Shown here: one piece after another, positions 62,790 through 64,000 of the stretch
How the letters are laid out: the number at the start of each line of letters is the position of its first letter
Numbering within the stretch: position 1 is the first letter of the stretch
Assembly: GCF_023055435.1 (NCBI RefSeq)
Contig: NW_025964112.1
Location: 20,026,001 to 20,090,000, forward strand
Direction: 5' to 3'
Source of the DNA: Haliotis rufescens
Lineage: Eukaryota
DNA: 64,000 bases
The notes under the pieces: generated by a model
Databases searched by the model: none
Seen by the model: the letters and a program-made list of their open reading frames with translations, nothing else
Told to the model about the DNA's origin: nothing
Translations under genes and position numbers: made by a program

Positions 62790-63935
62790 TGGAGGCGGAG
62801 TTATTGACCATCTTGTGGAAGGTCAGGCCTATACATACTAAGGGATGCAAACTCCAGAATGCCCATATCAAGGGCAAACTTCGGGCAGAGTACAAATGTA
62901 GATTAAAGAAAATCTGGAATTCAGAGCTGAACGCTCGCAATAAAGTCAAAGCCACAAATACTTATGCTGTGCCCGTCCTTTCGTATTCTTTTGGTGTTGT
63001 TGATTGCACGAAACAAGACATTCAGGGAATTGCCACTCTCTCAATCGATTATATTTACCAATTATGATGGGAGTGCGTGGTTTGATTAATGTCGAGGCTC
63101 TTCATGATAGAATTGTTTTGTGCATTTTTGCACATATTTATTTGTCTGATGATCCTCTTGTGAGGCATGTCAAGTTTGGGTTTAACGCCGCTTTTGACAG
63201 TATTCCAGTTATATCACGGCGTGTCAGCTTAATGTGGGAGGAAAGCCCAAAGTGATGCAGGTCTTGGACGTTTACCACTTCGGTAAAACCCACGAGCACG
63301 GGTATGGTGCTGACAAACCTAGAAATATAATCTGGGCTCATGGGTTTCTGGCGTGCCCAAGGGACGCAACAGAGCGAATCGCAGCGCCTTAGACGACTGG
63401 GCCACCTGTGCCGCCGTAACCTCGAGGAACCATGGGTAGAGGATTATAATGATTGCGTACACGAAAAAATAAAATTACCATTGTTGCGTTTCATTACACC
63501 TGATTGCCTGAAAAAATGTAATTAAAAAGTCCAAATCTAATACGGTGCCAGGGCCTGATGGTATTCGAATCCGGTTTTGGAAACTGTTCCCTTGTGTCCA
63601 AACATCATTATTTCACTGTTTAAATTCTCTTGTGGATACATGGGATGTTCCGCCTTGGTTGTGCAAAGGTCGAACAATACTTCTCCCAAAGAGTGACCAA
63701 AAAACTTCCGCCCTATTACTTGTCTGAATACACAATACAAAATATTTACAGGCTGTCTTACATATATTGTGTCATCATACTCCGCATCCAATGACATTGT
63801 TTACATGGAGCAGAAAGGAGCTAGAAAGGGATGTTGGGGCTGTAAGGATCAACTACTAGTTCAGAAAATGATCCTTGAAGAGGCTAAAACTTACCATCGT
63901 AACCTTTCAATGTGTTGGATAGACTACCAATCTCA
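62790..63935 (+). mobile_element. Degenerate R4/Dong-like non-LTR retrotransposon fragments in permuted order
   Basis: 62790-63170: SELNARNKVKATNTYAVP...RLYLP..GVRGL (post-RT). 63420-63935: PGPDGI...GRTILLPK...RPITCL...EQKG...DQLL...WIDY (RT N-part). Confidence 0.75.
63172..63415 (-). mobile_element. SINE family B at the junction of the two LINE fragments
   Basis: Homologous to 16792-17074; B-box segment deleted; no TSD seen. Confidence 0.85.
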
Positions 63936-64000
63936 TAAAATAAAGATCTTAGTTCTAGCTACCGCTAAACAAGGATCTGAGGACATCCCATTACGGGTCA

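Overview
Eukaryotic, AT-rich, repeat-rich animal DNA. It is probably from a mollusc, an inference from the SINE, Helentron-like and Penelope repeat types. Two spliced genes lie on the + strand. (1) 325-35019 is the 3' part of an UNC-89/obscurin-like muscle protein: 29 phase-consistent exons, about 2,125 aa, 5' end outside the window. The domain order is 7 Fn3 (with short spacer exons), 2 Ig, kinase 1, interkinase linker, Ig, Fn3, kinase 2 and an acidic tail. Kinase 1 keeps its catalytic motifs and contains a U12-type intron. Kinase 2 looks like a pseudokinase. The extreme C-terminus matches the AKAP (PKA RII-binding) amphipathic-helix pattern, and RRxS PKA-consensus sites sit in frame-preserving spacer exons, suggesting a self-contained PKA anchor/substrate module. 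(2) 41603-56828 is a complete 5-exon, 345-aa predicted secreted protein: signal peptide, PAN/Apple, a 4-Cys linker and a GON domain, with no ADAMTS protease. Introns and intergenic DNA carry two satellite arrays, several tRNA-derived SINE families, Tc1, mariner, Kolobok-, Harbinger- and Helentron-like elements, and remnants of Gypsy, DIRS-like, I/Nimb, Penelope and R4/Dong-like retroelements. All calls were made by eye; no database search was run.
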